DNA of 64,000 nt from NCBI RefSeq assembly GCF_963921235.1, contig NC_086109.1, positions 1,364,001-1,428,000 of the forward strand. The letters are read 5' to 3'. Both the position numbers and the translations under genes were made by a program. The notes under the pieces were generated by a model. It worked only from the letters and a program-made list of their open reading frames with translations, had not been told where the DNA came from and searched no databases. Positions 23,344-35,850 of the stretch are shown one piece after another. The stretch's first letter is position 1. The number at the start of each line of letters is the position of its first letter. The DNA is from Mobula hypostoma (taxonomy: Eukaryota).

Positions 23344-23891
23344 TTAGCTTCATCCTGCAGAGGAAAGAAGAGCTGCAGGAAGGGAACCGTCTTCAGGCAC
23401 CGAAGATGACTAGATCTGACACACAGTCCGTGTGGGTGGTGGTTGGTGGAGGGCAGGAGACGGGTGGGGCAGGGTAGGAGTAGAAGGATGGTTATATCGG
23501 GGAATGGAGGGAGGGTTTAGATAGGGATCTGATTAGGGAACGATTTATAACTTTTGCATAAGGCTGCAAATAGTTGTTTCTCTTGCCTTTAATTTTGTTG
23601 CTCAGCTTTCTTTGCACTTGCTTTCTTTTTGTAAAATCTCCTGTTAGTTTGTAAACTTTTAGTAACCTAGTATATTTGGTGTTTACTTCAGTGGTATCTC
23701 TATAAAGCTGAAATGAGCTCAGTCAGCATGTGGCCACAGGTTGTTATGAGTATATTCCCTTATCGAAGCTGTGAGACCAATTTGCAGTACAAAGAGACAT
23801 CATCAGGACCTGTTCCTTTGTTATTTTGTTCTCCTTGCCTTGCTTGCTGCCATGGGCTGAACTTGTCTGACAAGTACGACAATGAACGTCT

Positions 23892-23897
23892 AATAAA
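23892..23897 (+). terminator. Candidate polyadenylation signal (AATAAA) for gene 1
   Basis: First AATAAA I found after the stop (~550 nt downstream), with a U-rich stretch following; not verified. Confidence 0.35.
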
Positions 23898-24941
23898 GTT
23901 ACAGTAACCAGAGAATTTCCCCTTATTCTTGACTTCTTTTCTGGACATACCTAACAACTCGCCTGACAGCAGGATTGTTGACAGGATTTCCGCTGGAATC
24001 TTGTTCCACGCTCTGAGAGAAGAATTTCTTTCTCACAATTTTATCTTTCAAACTTAACACATGACCTCTAGTGAGCTTTTGAGTCCTCACAGACTCCATC
24101 TTTCTCCCTCCTGCCTTCACTGGAAACCCCCTCTCTCCCCTCTCCTCAGACCCTGCCAACACGCTTCCCAGCTCTGATCGCTGCTCTCATCTGTGCCAGG
24201 TCTTCACAATTCCTTCCGACCTTTCCCTTTCTGAGCCAAAACATCCTGTTCTCACTAAGGGCTTCATCTTTGTACCCCTGTGCCCACACCTCAGTAAGTT
24301 CCGCGCCCGTCATGACACCAAGCTCTTCCACTGCCGCCTCTGTCTCCAAGCCTACTTCTTTGGCAAGGACTCCCCACCCTGCACCGATGACCCCTTCTCC
24401 CATCTTCAACCCTCCTCCTCTTCCTGGGCACCCACTCTGGTCTTCTGCCTGCTCTGGACCTTTTCATTGCTAATTGCCAATGAGATATCAACCGTCTCAA
24501 CTTTGCCCCTCTCCAATTCTAACCTCACTCCTTCCGAACGCACTGCTCTCCACTCTCTCCGCACTAATCTGAAACTCACCATCAAACCCTCAGGTAAGGG
24601 GGGTGTTTCTGTAGTCTGGTGGACTGACTTCTACCTTGCTGAGGCCAGGTAACAACTCTCAGACACAGCCTCTTGCTTACCCCTTGAAAAGGACCTCACT
24701 AAGAAGTACCTAGCCATCGTCACCCGCATAATCACTGACCTTATACACTGCCAACCTCATAGTCCCTTTACCCCACGCCTTCCATTTCTACCTCCTACCC
24801 AAGTCCATAAACTGCCTGTCCAGCAAGACCCATTGTTTCTGCCCGTCCTGCCCCACCGAACATATATCTACAGGCCTCGATTCCATCCCTTCCTACCTAC
24901 ATCTATGGCACCTCACATGCTCTGGATCTTTTCAATGATTT

Positions 24942-27272
24942 ATAACCATATAATCATATGTAAAGGGATTTCGACTTTTATGTTACTGCGGAGACTAATT
25001 AAAATGGCGTCTTTGTTATGTTAATCTGGGGAATGCAGCTTTGTTGTGTTAAATGCTGAGAAAGTTTGCGCTAGCAGCTTGTTTCTGTTTAGAGGGTGAT
25101 AAGAGGATGCTGTTAACCGATTGGGATAGTTGTTATGGTTTTTTGGTGTATTTGAAGATACTGTATGCGCGGGGTTTTGGGGCAGAAGACGGGAGAGCGA
25201 GACAGAGGATGGACGAGGCGCTGTGATGTCCGCTAACGGGGTCGGACCCCGAGGAGGGCATTCGGCGAGGAGACGGAGACGGACTCATGTGGAGCGTCTG
25301 GTCGACCACCGTTGTTGGTCCCAGGCGGCCGGTCGAGGTGGTCCGAGGGGTCGCAGGGTGAAGAAGAAGGTCCTTGAGCTTCAACTGTTTTGTGCACGAA
25401 AAGATTGAACTTCGATAAGTGTGGCGCCTTTTATTTTCCTTTTATATTTTATTCTCTCTTAATTATATAGTTCCAGTAATATCTATAAACTGTAAATCAG
25501 TTAATTGCATCTGGTGTATTGTCTGTTATTTGGGCGGTGTGGGGTACATCACACAGCATCCACACAAACAAATTATCCAGTTTGGCGGGGCCGAAGCTGT
25601 TTCCCTAGACGACAGCGAGCTGAGCGACCCTGAGGGTGGCCGGGGGGGGCTACACATATAACAATTACAGCACAGAAACAGGTCATCTCGGTACTTCTAG
25701 TCTGTATCGAACAATTACTCTCACCTAGTCCCACCAACTTGCACTCAGCCCATAACCCTCCATTCCTTTCCTGTCCATATATCTATCCAATTTGACTTTA
25801 AACGACAACATCGAACCTGCCTCAACCACTTCTGCCGGAAGCTCGTTCCACATAGCTACCACTCTCTGAGTAAAGAAGTTCCCCCTCATGTTACCCCTAA
25901 ACTTTTGCCCTTTAACTCTCAACTCATGTCCTCTTGTTTGAACCTCCCCCACTCTCAATGGAAAAGGTCTATCCACGTCAACTCTATCAATCCCCCTCAT
26001 AATTTTAAACACCTCTATTAAGTCCCCCCTCAGCCTTCTACGCTCCAAAGAATAAAGACCCAACTTGTTCAACCTTTTTCTGTAACTTAGGAGATGAAAC
26101 CCAGGTAACATTTTAGTAAACCTTCTCTGTACTCTCTCAATTTTATTGACATCTTTCCTATAATTCGGTGACCAGAACTGTACACAACACTCCAAATTTG
26201 GCCTTACCAATGCTTTGTACAATTTCAACATTACGTCCCAACTCCTATACTCAATGCTCTGATTTTTAAAGACCAGCATACCAAAAGCTTTCTTCACCAC
26301 TCTATCCACATGAGATTCCACCTTCAGGGAACTAAGCACCATTATTCCTAGATCCCTCTGTTCTACTGCATTCTTCAATGCCCTACCATTTACCATGTAT
26401 GTCCTATTTTGATTAGTCCTACCAAAATGTAGCACCTCACATTTATCAGCATTAAACTCCATCTGCAATCTTTCAGCTGACTCTTCTAACTGGCCTAAAT
26501 CTCTCTGCAAGCTTAGAAAACCTACTTCATTATCCACAACTCCATCCATCTTAGTATCATCTGCATACTTACTAATTCAATTTATCACCCCATCATCCAG
26601 ATCATTAATATATATGACAAACAACATTGGACCCAGTACAGATCCCTGAGGCACACCACTAGACACCGGCCTCCAATCTGACAAACAGTTATCCACCACT
26701 ACTCTCTGGCGTCTCCCATCCAGCCACTGCTGAATCCATTTTACTACTTCCATATTAATGCCTAATGATTGAACCTTCCTAACTAACCTTCCATGTGGAA
26801 CCTTGTCAATATACTTACTGAAGTCCATATAGACAACATCCACCGCTTTACCCTCGTCAACTTTCCTAGTAACCTCATCAAAAAATTCAGTAAGATTTGT
26901 CTAACGTGACCTTCCACGCACAAATCCATGTTGACTGTTCCTAATCAGACCCTGTCTATCCAGCTGATTATAAATACCGTCTCTAAGAATACTTTCCATC
27001 AATTTACCCACCACTGACATCAAACTCACAGGCCGATAATTGCTAAGTTTACTCTTAGAACCCTTTTTAAACAATGGAACAACATGAGCAATACGCCAAT
27101 CCTCCAGCACCATCCCCGTTTGTAATGATATTTGAAATACTTCTGTCAGAGCCCCTGCTATTTCCACACTAACTTCCCTCAAGGTCCTAGGGAATATCCT
27201 GTCAGGACCCAGAGACTTATCCACTTTTATATTCCTTAAAAGTGCCAGTACTTCCTCTTCTTTAATCATCAA
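24942..27272 (-). mobile_element. 5'-truncated CR1 LINE inserted in the Penelope element; its tail is interrupted by a solo LTR
   Basis: ORFs 26901-27272, 26577-26843 and 25725-26549 give a continuous CR1 RT; the tail sequence ataaccatataa/catataacaattacagc flanks the LTR. Confidence 0.92.
24959..25654. mobile_element. Solo LTR (696 bp), Gypsy/ERV type
   Basis: TGTA...TACA termini and a 4-bp target-site duplication CATA (24955-24958 and 25655-25658). Confidence 0.85.
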
Positions 27273-28156
27273 TCAATTTTAAGTTCCCTGACCCCAGTCG
27301 TCTCATTTTCACCATGGCTGCCCAGTCCCTATACAATTCTATCTTCCATCAAGAGGGCCTTAAAGCTCTCCACTTCTTTCTAGGCATGAGACCAAACCAG
27401 TTTCCCTCCACCGTCACTCTCCTCAGTCTGGAGGAACTGGTCCTCACTCTCAATAATTTCTTTTTCAGCTACTCCCACTACCTTCAAACAAAGGTTGTAT
27501 CAATGGGCACCCGCATGGGTCCCAGCTTTACCTGACTTTTTGCCAGCTATGTGGAACAGTCTATGTTCCTAGCCTACACTGGCATTGCTCCCCAACTCTT
27601 CCTGCGCTACATCAACAACCGCATTGGGGCTGCTTCCTGTACCCATGCTGAGCTCATCGACTTCATCAGCTTTGCCTCCAACTTCCACCCTACCCTCAAA
27701 TTTACCTGGTCCATTTCCGATTCCTCCCTCCCCTTTCTCGATCTCCCTGTCTCTTTCTCTGGAGATAGGCTATCTACTGATATCATTTATAAACCTACCC
27801 ATTCTCGCAACTACCTGGACTATACCTCTTCCCAACCTGTCACTTGTAAAGATGCTATCCCTTTCTCTCAGTTCCTCCACCTTTGTTGCATCTGCTCTCA
27901 AGATGAGGCTTTTCATTCTAAAACAAATGAGATGTCCTCCTTCTTCAAAGAAAGGGGCTTTTCTTCCTCCACCATCAATGCTGTCCTCAACTGCGTCTCT
28001 TCCATTTCGTGCACATCTGCCCTCACTCCATCCTCTGCCACCTTACCAGGGATAGGGTTCTTCTTATCCTCACCTAACACCCCACCAGCCTCCGCATCTA
28101 GCACATAATTCTTCATAACTTCCTCCATCTCCAGTGGGATCCTACCACCAAGCACA

Positions 28157-28862
28157 GAAGATCTGGTTTGTTCATCGAGTGCTTTCCAAGGAACACCACC
28201 ACTGTTGACACGTTTGTCTGCTGTAGTGGCTCTGGAACAAGACTGACCATGGCCCCAGTCATGGTTAATTACATCACAACAAAACACATTATTCTCTTCA
28301 TGTTGAATTAAACCTGTAACAAGCAAGGGTAATTTTTTCTCTTATTTCCAGTTTAAATCTTAAATTATTTTAAGTCCGTATTTTCTATTTGTTTTTCTAG
28401 TCCATCCAATCCAAACTCCTAAATGTCTTTGGGCTCAAGGCGTCCATTTTTCCTCATCCAGTTTTGTTTTGGGTTAGGAGAAACAAGCGCTGCCATATTT
28501 TCCTTTTCCTTTGATTTATTTTTTGACAAAAACTCCTCTGGTTCTCAGGATGAGGGAACTGAAAATTACCCCCTTGAAAGGATCTGTCCCCATCTTCTTG
28601 GAATAGTTCTTCCATCGTCAAGTCTCCCAAATCAGGGCCATCATGTACATCAATTGTTATGTGCCAATGGCGATAACATTCCTGTTTCTTCCCCATCAAT
28701 TCCAGCTGGTTGATATCGTAACACATACTTTTATCTTGAAAAGTCAGCATTTTGTACACTGAAGGGCTTGCTTTGTTTATAATTTTATAGGGCTCCGCAA
28801 ACCTTGGATTTAAAAATGAGGTGGGTTGGTGTATTCTAATCATCACTCTGACAGAACATCTT
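28157..28862 (-). mobile_element. LTR-retroelement/ERV remnant: integrase C-terminus (GPY/F-like) and downstream region
   Basis: VMIRIHQPTSFLNPRFAEPYKIINKASPSVYKM...YDINQL resembles the GPY/F module of Gypsy/retroviral integrases. Confidence 0.6.
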
Positions 28863-29760
28863 GTCAGGTCCTGCAGATTCATCCATGATAATTTGCCCTA
28901 AGATAGCAAGCACCTCCTCCTCTGTAATCTGTATAGGGCCTATGACCTTGCTGCTGTTTGCCTCAGTTCCTAGACTCTGTGTCCTTCTCTTGAAAAATGC
29001 AGAAGCAATAAATTATCTACTTAAGTTTTCCCCCATGTCTTTTGTATTCATACATAGGTGACCATGCTGATCTTCAAAAGGACCAATTTTGACTCTTATG
29101 ATCCTTTAGCTCTTCATGTGCCTGTAGATGTCCTTTGGGATTTTCCTTCCCCTTGATTGCAACTTATACCTTTTTTTTGTCCTCCTGATTTCCCTCTTGC
29201 AATTCTTATCATTCTGAAGTAGGTGATTTGTGCCTTGTTGCCTATACCTGCTATACAACAACTTCTTCCTCAACCAAGTCTTCAATATCTCTGAAAAAAA
29301 AACAAGGTTCCCTGCACCTGTATACCTTGTGATTTACTCTGACAGGAACATACAAGCCCTGTCCTCTCGAAATATCAGTTTTGAACACCACCCAATTAGC
29401 AAGCACATCATTGCCAGAAAGCAACCTGTCACATTTCACTTGTGGCCTTTCTCCAGTATAGAATCTCAGCCAGGTTAGCAGGACTATCTCTCACCATGAT
29501 TATTTTGCTTCATCATGGACATCTCTTTTTTTTCTTCCGTTTCCCCCATGTTGTTGAAGTGGACAAGCTAACCAGTCTGTCCGGTTCGTGCACATCAATG
29601 AGATTTTCTGGACTAGTAATGCCACCACTTCCACTTCCAGCATGTCTGAATTAGTGCCACCCCGAACCTTGGAGTGCCTGTCCTGCCACATCTGACTAAC
29701 GGCTACAATGTCATATTCTCACATGCTGAACTATTGCATTCACTTTTATTCCCTGTGACC
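28863..29760 (-). mobile_element. Decayed CR1 endonuclease/linker remnant
   Basis: Fragments such as IEDLVEEEVVV and VLAILGQIIMDESAGPD on the minus strand. Confidence 0.6.
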
Positions 29761-29799
29761 TGAAATATGTCAGTAAAGTTTATCCCGCCCTATCACTTT

Positions 29800-30150
29800 T
29801 ATGAGTACTATTCCCCTTTCTCAGTACCTCCATTTCCATCACAGTTCCTGCCAGGATCCCCCTGCTACATCCATCTTTTCTCCTATGCTCCACTCTTCTC
29901 TTGTATTCGATTCCTTCTTCTTTAGCCCTTACCTTTACCACCTCCCAGCTTCTCGTTTCACCAACCACCAGCCCCCCCAGCCCACCTGCCTTCAGCTATC
30001 ACTCTCCAGTTTTGTACACCTTCCACTCCACCCCACCTCCAACTTCTTATTCTGGCATCTTCCCCCTTCCTTTCCAGTCCCGATGAAGAGTCCCGGAACA
30101 CCAACTATTTATTCCTTTCCATACATGCTGCCTGACCTGCTGAGCTCCTC
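29800..30150 (+). mobile_element. Old Penelope-like remnant with decayed terminal repeat
   Basis: IPFSQ-like coding remnant, pyrimidine-rich 3' region and ccagtcccgatgaagagtcccgg, a degenerate version of the terminal hammerhead-type motif. Confidence 0.5.
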
Positions 30151-30626
30151 TAGATTTAAGTATGTGTTATCAAACTGTACAGAGTGCGGAAATAGTTTAC
30201 CAGACTGTTTCAGCACTTGAGGAACTGAGCTATATGGAGAGGTTGGACTAGAGAACATAATGCCATTAGTTTCAAGGTAATTATGGAAATGTTTCAGCAT
30301 GTTCCTCAGGTTGAGATTATTAATTGGAGAAATGATCTGGAAAGTATAGATTGGGACAAGTTGTTTTCTGGCAAAGGGTGTACAAGGCTTGTATGTGCCT
30401 GTCAGAATAAAAGGCAAAAAAAAAAGCATTAGGGAACTTGGTTTTCAAGTCAGAAGACTCGAAGGAAAGAGGTGCATAACAGGTCTAGGCAGGTAGGATT
30501 AAATAAGATACTTCAGGAGTATCCGAAATGCAAGAGAACACGTAAGAACTTGATCTGGGGACTAAAAGAAGGCATGAGATTGCTCTAGCAGGCAAGGTGA
30601 CAGAGAAACCATAGGCCTTCTACAGA

Positions 30627-30830
30627 TACTTGCTTACTTACTCCCCATTACACCGCCAGTGTTAAAGGCAGCAAGGAGGGCCTTCTATTTTGGCGGTGTT
30701 CAGGGCTTCTTTCATCGCTGTCAGTAGCTGCCTTTCAGATTTCACTACTGTGAGTCATGCAAGTCCCAGGTGGACGCTCAGGAATACCGTCACACTCAGA
30801 TGTACTGTTGGGGGATTCATCATTGCTGTT
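30627..30830 (-). mobile_element. RTE-clade-like 3' end / RTE-related SINE remnant
   Basis: The reverse complement ends ...LLAAFNTGGVMGSK* followed by (taag)n, similar to RTE C-termini; weak. Confidence 0.35.
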
Positions 30831-30849
30831 TCATGTCTAACCAGCTACA

Positions 30850-31540
30850 GATTTTTTTGAGGGTATTACCAGGAAAATTGATGAAGCTTAGTCAGTGAAA
30901 GTTGTCTATGTGGACTTGTCAAGGTCCCGTATGGGTTGTCCTGAATGATAATGTGGTTAACTAGATTGACAACTTTGAGGAAAAATTAGGGGTGTACTTT
31001 GAACTTTCAACTTCTGAAAATGTTGACACAAGTACACAGGGAGGTGAAGGAGGTGTTTGACATATGCTGGCCTTCATCAGTCCGAGAATTGAGTAGAGGA
31101 GATGGGACATCATGTTACAGCTGTACAAGATGTTGGTGTGACCGCACTTGGAGAACTGTGCAACACACACAAAATGCTGGAGGAACTCAGCAGGCCAGGC
31201 AGCATCTATGGAAAAGAGTACAATTGATGTTTCGGGCCGAGATCCTTCATCAGGATAGAGAACTGTGTGCAGTTCTGTACAAAAGAAGGATGCCATTAAG
31301 CAAGTAAGGGCATAGAAAAGATTCATGAGGATGCTACCGGGACTGAATTATAAGGAGCGGTTGCGACTATCTTACTCAGAGTGCAGCAAGCTGAGGGGTG
31401 GGCTTCGAGATCATGAAGGTCATAGATAAAGTTGACCAAGGTAGTGTAATCGAACACTAGAGGGCATAGGTTCAAAGTCCGAAGGAAGAAGATTCAGGGA
31501 GGCCTGAGGAACAGCCAATATGTTTACAGACAGAGCCCTC
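30850..31540 (+). mobile_element. Decayed CR1 RT, interrupted at 31161-31257
   Basis: MLQLYKMLV..HLENCV resumes as ENCVQF after the insertion. Confidence 0.7.
31161..31257 (-). mobile_element. 97-bp Penelope terminal-repeat insertion carrying a hammerhead-like motif
   Basis: Flanked by a 10-bp direct repeat GAGAACTGTG (31151-31160, 31258-31267); the minus strand reads CTGATGA-AGGATCTCGGCCC-GAAAC-ATC. Confidence 0.8.
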
Positions 31541-31784
31541 TATGATAGATACCATAACATCTGTTATGCTCCTGGCACTAACACACCTAGAAAACAAAGA
31601 CAGAATGTCAGAATGCTGCAGTTCTGTAGTTCAGGTCGGCATTCAGCACCATTGTCCCTCTGATCTTGATGAACAACCTCCTACTTCTTGGCCTAAAGCC
31701 AGCACTGTGCATGTGGGTGTTGTTCCTAACTGACAGAGCTCAGCATGGGCACATCTTCCCCTCCCAACCAGTGCCCACGGTGCT

Positions 31785-31985
31785 GTGTGTGAGCTCACAC
31801 CTGTACACTCTGCTCACACACTGTGAGCTCACACCTGTACACTCTGCTCACACATTGTGAGCTCACACTTGTGCACCCTGCTCACACCTGTACACCCTGC
31901 TCACACACTGTGAACTCACACTTGTACACGCTGCTCACACTTGTACACAATGTGAACTCACACCTGTACGCTCTGCTCACACGAT
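31785..31985. repeat. Short ~33-34-bp tandem repeat (~6 copies)
   Basis: cacacctgtacactctgctcacacactgtgagct variants. Confidence 0.8.
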
Positions 31986-32973
31986 GTAATTTCCCGATGA
32001 CACTACAGTGGCGCTGCTCATCACCAACAGGGGTTGCAGGAACTCGAGGCCTGGTGCCAGGAAAATAACCTCTTTCTCAACAAAGCGATGGAGATGATTA
32101 GAGCTTGCCCCACTCGCCCCATCCTTCCCTTTACACTGCTGACAAAACAGCAGAAACTGTGAACAGTTTCAAACCTCTGAAAATGTACTTCACACGCAGC
32201 CTCTCATTGACGATAAGTCAGTTTTGACTTTGATCTGCAGTTTAGATTCAAAATCAGCTTCTGTATGGAAGAGCGAGGGCTGAGGTGGAAGGGTGTTTTC
32301 TGGGTGAATGTAACTGACATAGAAGGCATTGAGCCCATCATTCAGAGATGTGACATTGAGATTTGTCCCAATTTTGGTTGATATCCTAGAGTGGCATTCA
32401 TTCCCAGCCACAGTCACTGTGCACCGTCCATTCTCTACACATCACTCACCCCACCGTGATTCAGCTCACGCGTGGCTTTTATCTTATGCCTTGAATCTGC
32501 GGGATTTTGGGAATTAAACTGTCCCAGGGGGCTGGGGAAGTCCCATCACGCAGAACACATGGAATGGTGCGATGTCAGAAGGTGGAGAGGAAACAGCTAT
32601 TTGATCTCCCCACATTCTACCCATTGATCAAGGTCCCAGCTGCACTTCTACTTCAGGGCTAATTCCCGCCGCTATCCCCAGACCCCTTCCTTCCCTCAAC
32701 ATTCCTTTTAGTCTTGGCACATCCCTCAAACCCTCTTTGCTTCCCTGTCAGAATCTTCTGGAATTCTACCTATTGCACCACCACACTTCCAGGCAGAGAT
32801 GCTGGTCATTCCTGGTCTGATCGCGTGTTGGCCAGGAACCTGAGACAGCCAGTGGTGGAACGGCAACTTTTCAGGTGTAGAGTAACTCCTGTGAACTTTG
32901 AGCTGAGCTTCCCCCGGCCAGAGGGTAACTAATAATTATCTGCCAGGCAGAGGGGAAGGGGATTAGGAGAGAG

Positions 32974-33447
32974 NNNNNNNNNNNNNNNNNNNNNNNNNNN
33001 NNNNNNNNNNNNNNNNNNNNNNNNNNNNNNNNNNNNNNNNNNNNNNNNNNNNNNNNNNNNNNNNNNNNNNNNNNNNNNNNNNNNNNNNNNNNNNNNNNNN
33101 NNNNNNNNNNNNNNNNNNNNNNNNNNNNNNNNNNNNNNNNNNNNNNNNNNNNNNNNNNNNNNNNNNNNNNNNNNNNNNNNNNNNNNNNNNNNNNNNNNNN
33201 NNNNNNNNNNNNNNNNNNNNNNNNNNNNNNNNNNNNNNNNNNNNNNNNNNNNNNNNNNNNNNNNNNNNNNNNNNNNNNNNNNNNNNNNNNNNNNNNNNNN
33301 NNNNNNNNNNNNNNNNNNNNNNNNNNNNNNNNNNNNNNNNNNNNNNNNNNNNNNNNNNNNNNNNNNNNNNNNNNNNNNNNNNNNNNNNNNNNNNNNNNNN
33401 NNNNNNNNNNNNNNNNNNNNNNNNNNNNNNNNNNNNNNNNNNNNNNN
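32974..33447. other. Assembly gap (474 N)
   Basis: Run of N. Confidence 1.
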
Positions 33448-34250
33448 AGGGGCAGAGTAGGAATCGGAGTAAAATCAAAAGAGAAAAGGCAAACAAAACT
33501 AACTGGGAGCAGAGACGAGGAAGAAAGAAAGGGCGAGAAGGGGGTGAGTAAATTAGCGTGTCAGAGAGAGAGAGAGAAAGTATGTGTCAGTCAGTGTGTG
33601 AGAATGAGTCACCGAGAGGCACGTGATTGTGTGGAGAGAAAGCGTGTGAGATTGAGTGAGTATGCGACTGAGGGAATGAGAGAGAGTGGATGAGGGAGGG
33701 AGTGAAAGAGTGAGGCATTTCCCCTCCTGATCGTGCGATAAATTCACAGCGCGGTCCAGGGACGCCGGTAATCTCTGCTTCGACAGTCGTTTGCAGGTAA
33801 GGGTGGGGATCGTTTTTTTTTAACCACTCGTGGCCCACTCTGAGACCCTCTAGACCCGGTAAAAAGAGGCGGTGTGGTTGAAGTGGAGGGTCACTGACAG
33901 ATTAGGATGGGACAGGGTCTCTGAAACGCCCAGATCCAGAGAAGACTCAGTCACTACTCCTGGTATCCGTTCCCCAGTTTCTGAGTTGAAGTTATATCGG
34001 GAGCTAACATGTTTCACGGGCACGCCTGAAGAGGGAAAGCTCAGTCCTGGTGTTTGATGATTCCCCTGATTTAATCACATTGCCCCTTTCTCTGCCCTTC
34101 CCTTTGTCGGTTGGAGCCGTTTCTGTTCGTTCCGCGCCCCTTCAATCTGCCGTTTGTTCAACATTTAACTGAGGTCGCGCTAACCCGGGAGTTGGGGACT
34201 GTTAAAACCTTTGTGATCTGGCGTTGTGGAAGGGGATAATTTTTGAATGT
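33448..34250 (+). repeat. Upstream block of duplicated unit 2 (paralogous to 5400-6180)
   Basis: Collinear shared strings with 5400-6180, starting immediately after the gap. Confidence 0.85.
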
Positions 34251-34547
34251 GGACACACACATAGGGATCGTGGTTTACGCCTCTGGTGGCGTGTGGGCGC
34301 AAGCCTGGGTAGGAAGATTTGAAGAACCGGCTGTTGTCCCTGCATCGGGTTCCCCGTCTCCGCGTCACTGATATAGTCCGAGCGCCGATACAGCTTGGAA
34401 CCAGGGTCGTAGCAGAGGTCACCAGAGTGAAATTGTAAACAACATCAAACCGGCTCCGGATTTCTTCCTCGGATTTTGCTCCCGAAGCCTTTCCCATGGG
34501 TGGGTATGGCTCCAAGGCAGCGGAGGTTTAAAATCAGAGCAACGCTC

Positions 34548-35850
34548 ACAAAGTCAGCATGGATTTGTGAAAGGAAAATCATGTCTGACGAATCTCATAG
34601 AATTTTTTGAGGATGTAACTAGTAGAGTGGATAGGGGAGAACCAGTGGATGTGGTATATTTGGATTTTCAAAAGGCTTTTGACAAGGTCCCACACAGGAG
34701 ATTAGTGTGCAAACTTAAAGCACACGGTATTGGGGGTAAGGTATTGGTGTGGGTGGAGAATTGGTTAGCAGACAGGAAGCAAAGAGTGGGAATAAACGGG
34801 ACCTTTTCAGAATGACAGGCGTTGACTAGTGGGGTACCGCAAGGCTCAGTGCTGGGACCCCAGTTGTTTACAATATATATTAATGACTTGGATGAGGGAA
34901 TTAAATGCAGCATCTCCAAGTTTACGGATGACATGAAGCTGGGTGGCAGTGTTAGCTGTGAGGAGGATGCTAAGAGGATGCAGGGTGACTTGGATAGGTT
35001 GGGTGAGTGGCCAAATTCATGGCAGATGCAATTTAATGTGGATAAATGTGAAGTTATCCACTTTGGTGGCAAAAATAGGAAAACAGATTATTATCTGAAT
35101 GGTGGCCGATTAGGAAAAGGGGAGGTGCAACGAGACCTGGGTGTCATTATACACCAGTCATTGAAAGTGGGCATGCAGGTACAGCAGGCGGTGAAAAAGG
35201 TGAATGGTATTCTGGCATTCATAGCAAGAGGATTCGAGTACAGGAGCAGGGAGGTACTACTGCAGTTGTACAAGGCCTTGGTGAGACCACACCTGGAGTA
35301 TTGTGTGCAGTTCTGGTCCCCTAATCTGAGGAAAGACATTTTTGCCATAGAGGGAGTACAAAGAAGGTTCACCAGATTGATTCCTGGGATGGCAGGACTT
35401 TCATATGATGAAATACTGGATCAACTAAGCTTATACTCTGGAATTTAGAAGATTGAGGGGGGATCTTATTGAAACGTATAAAATCGTAAAGGGATTGGAC
35501 AGGCTAGATGCAGGAAGATTGCTCCCGATGTTGGGGAAGTCCAGAACGAGGGGTCACAGTTCGAGGATAAAGTGGAAGCCTTTTACGACCGAGATTAGGA
35601 AAAACTTCTTCACACAGAGAGTGGTGAATCTGTGGAATTCTCTGCCACAGGAAACAGTTGAGGCCAGTTCATTGGCTATATTTAAGAGGGAGTTAGATAT
35701 GGCCCTTGTGGCTAAAGGGATCAGGGGGTATGGAGGGAAGGCTGGTACAGGGTTCTGAGTTGGATGATCAGCCATGATCATACTGAATGGTGGTGCAGGC
35801 TCGAGGGGCCGAATGGCCTACTCCTGGACCTATTTTCGATGTTTCTGTGT
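34548..35850 (+). mobile_element. 5'-truncated young CR1, nearly identical to 12317-13590
   Basis: Long identical runs with the intron-1 copy (e.g. aatctcatagaattttttgaggatgtaactagtagagtggataggggagaaccagtggat); RT ORFs 34567-34815, 34822-35448 and 35453-35758. Confidence 0.95.

Larger units (their letters stand above)
24130..28156 (+). mobile_element. Penelope-like element RT, split by nested insertions at 24942-27272
   Basis: Left part IKPSGKGGVSVVW..FYLAEAR ends ...HALDLFND; right part resumes FKFPDPSRLIFTMAAQSLYNSIFHQEGLKAL, then SMGTRMGPSF and LFLRYINN, contiguous PLE RT. Confidence 0.85.

Noticed and set aside
34180-34515. 111-aa minus-strand ORF in the CpG-rich upstream block
   Set aside because: No recognisable domain, and the frame is not conserved in the paralogous block at ~5900-6400.
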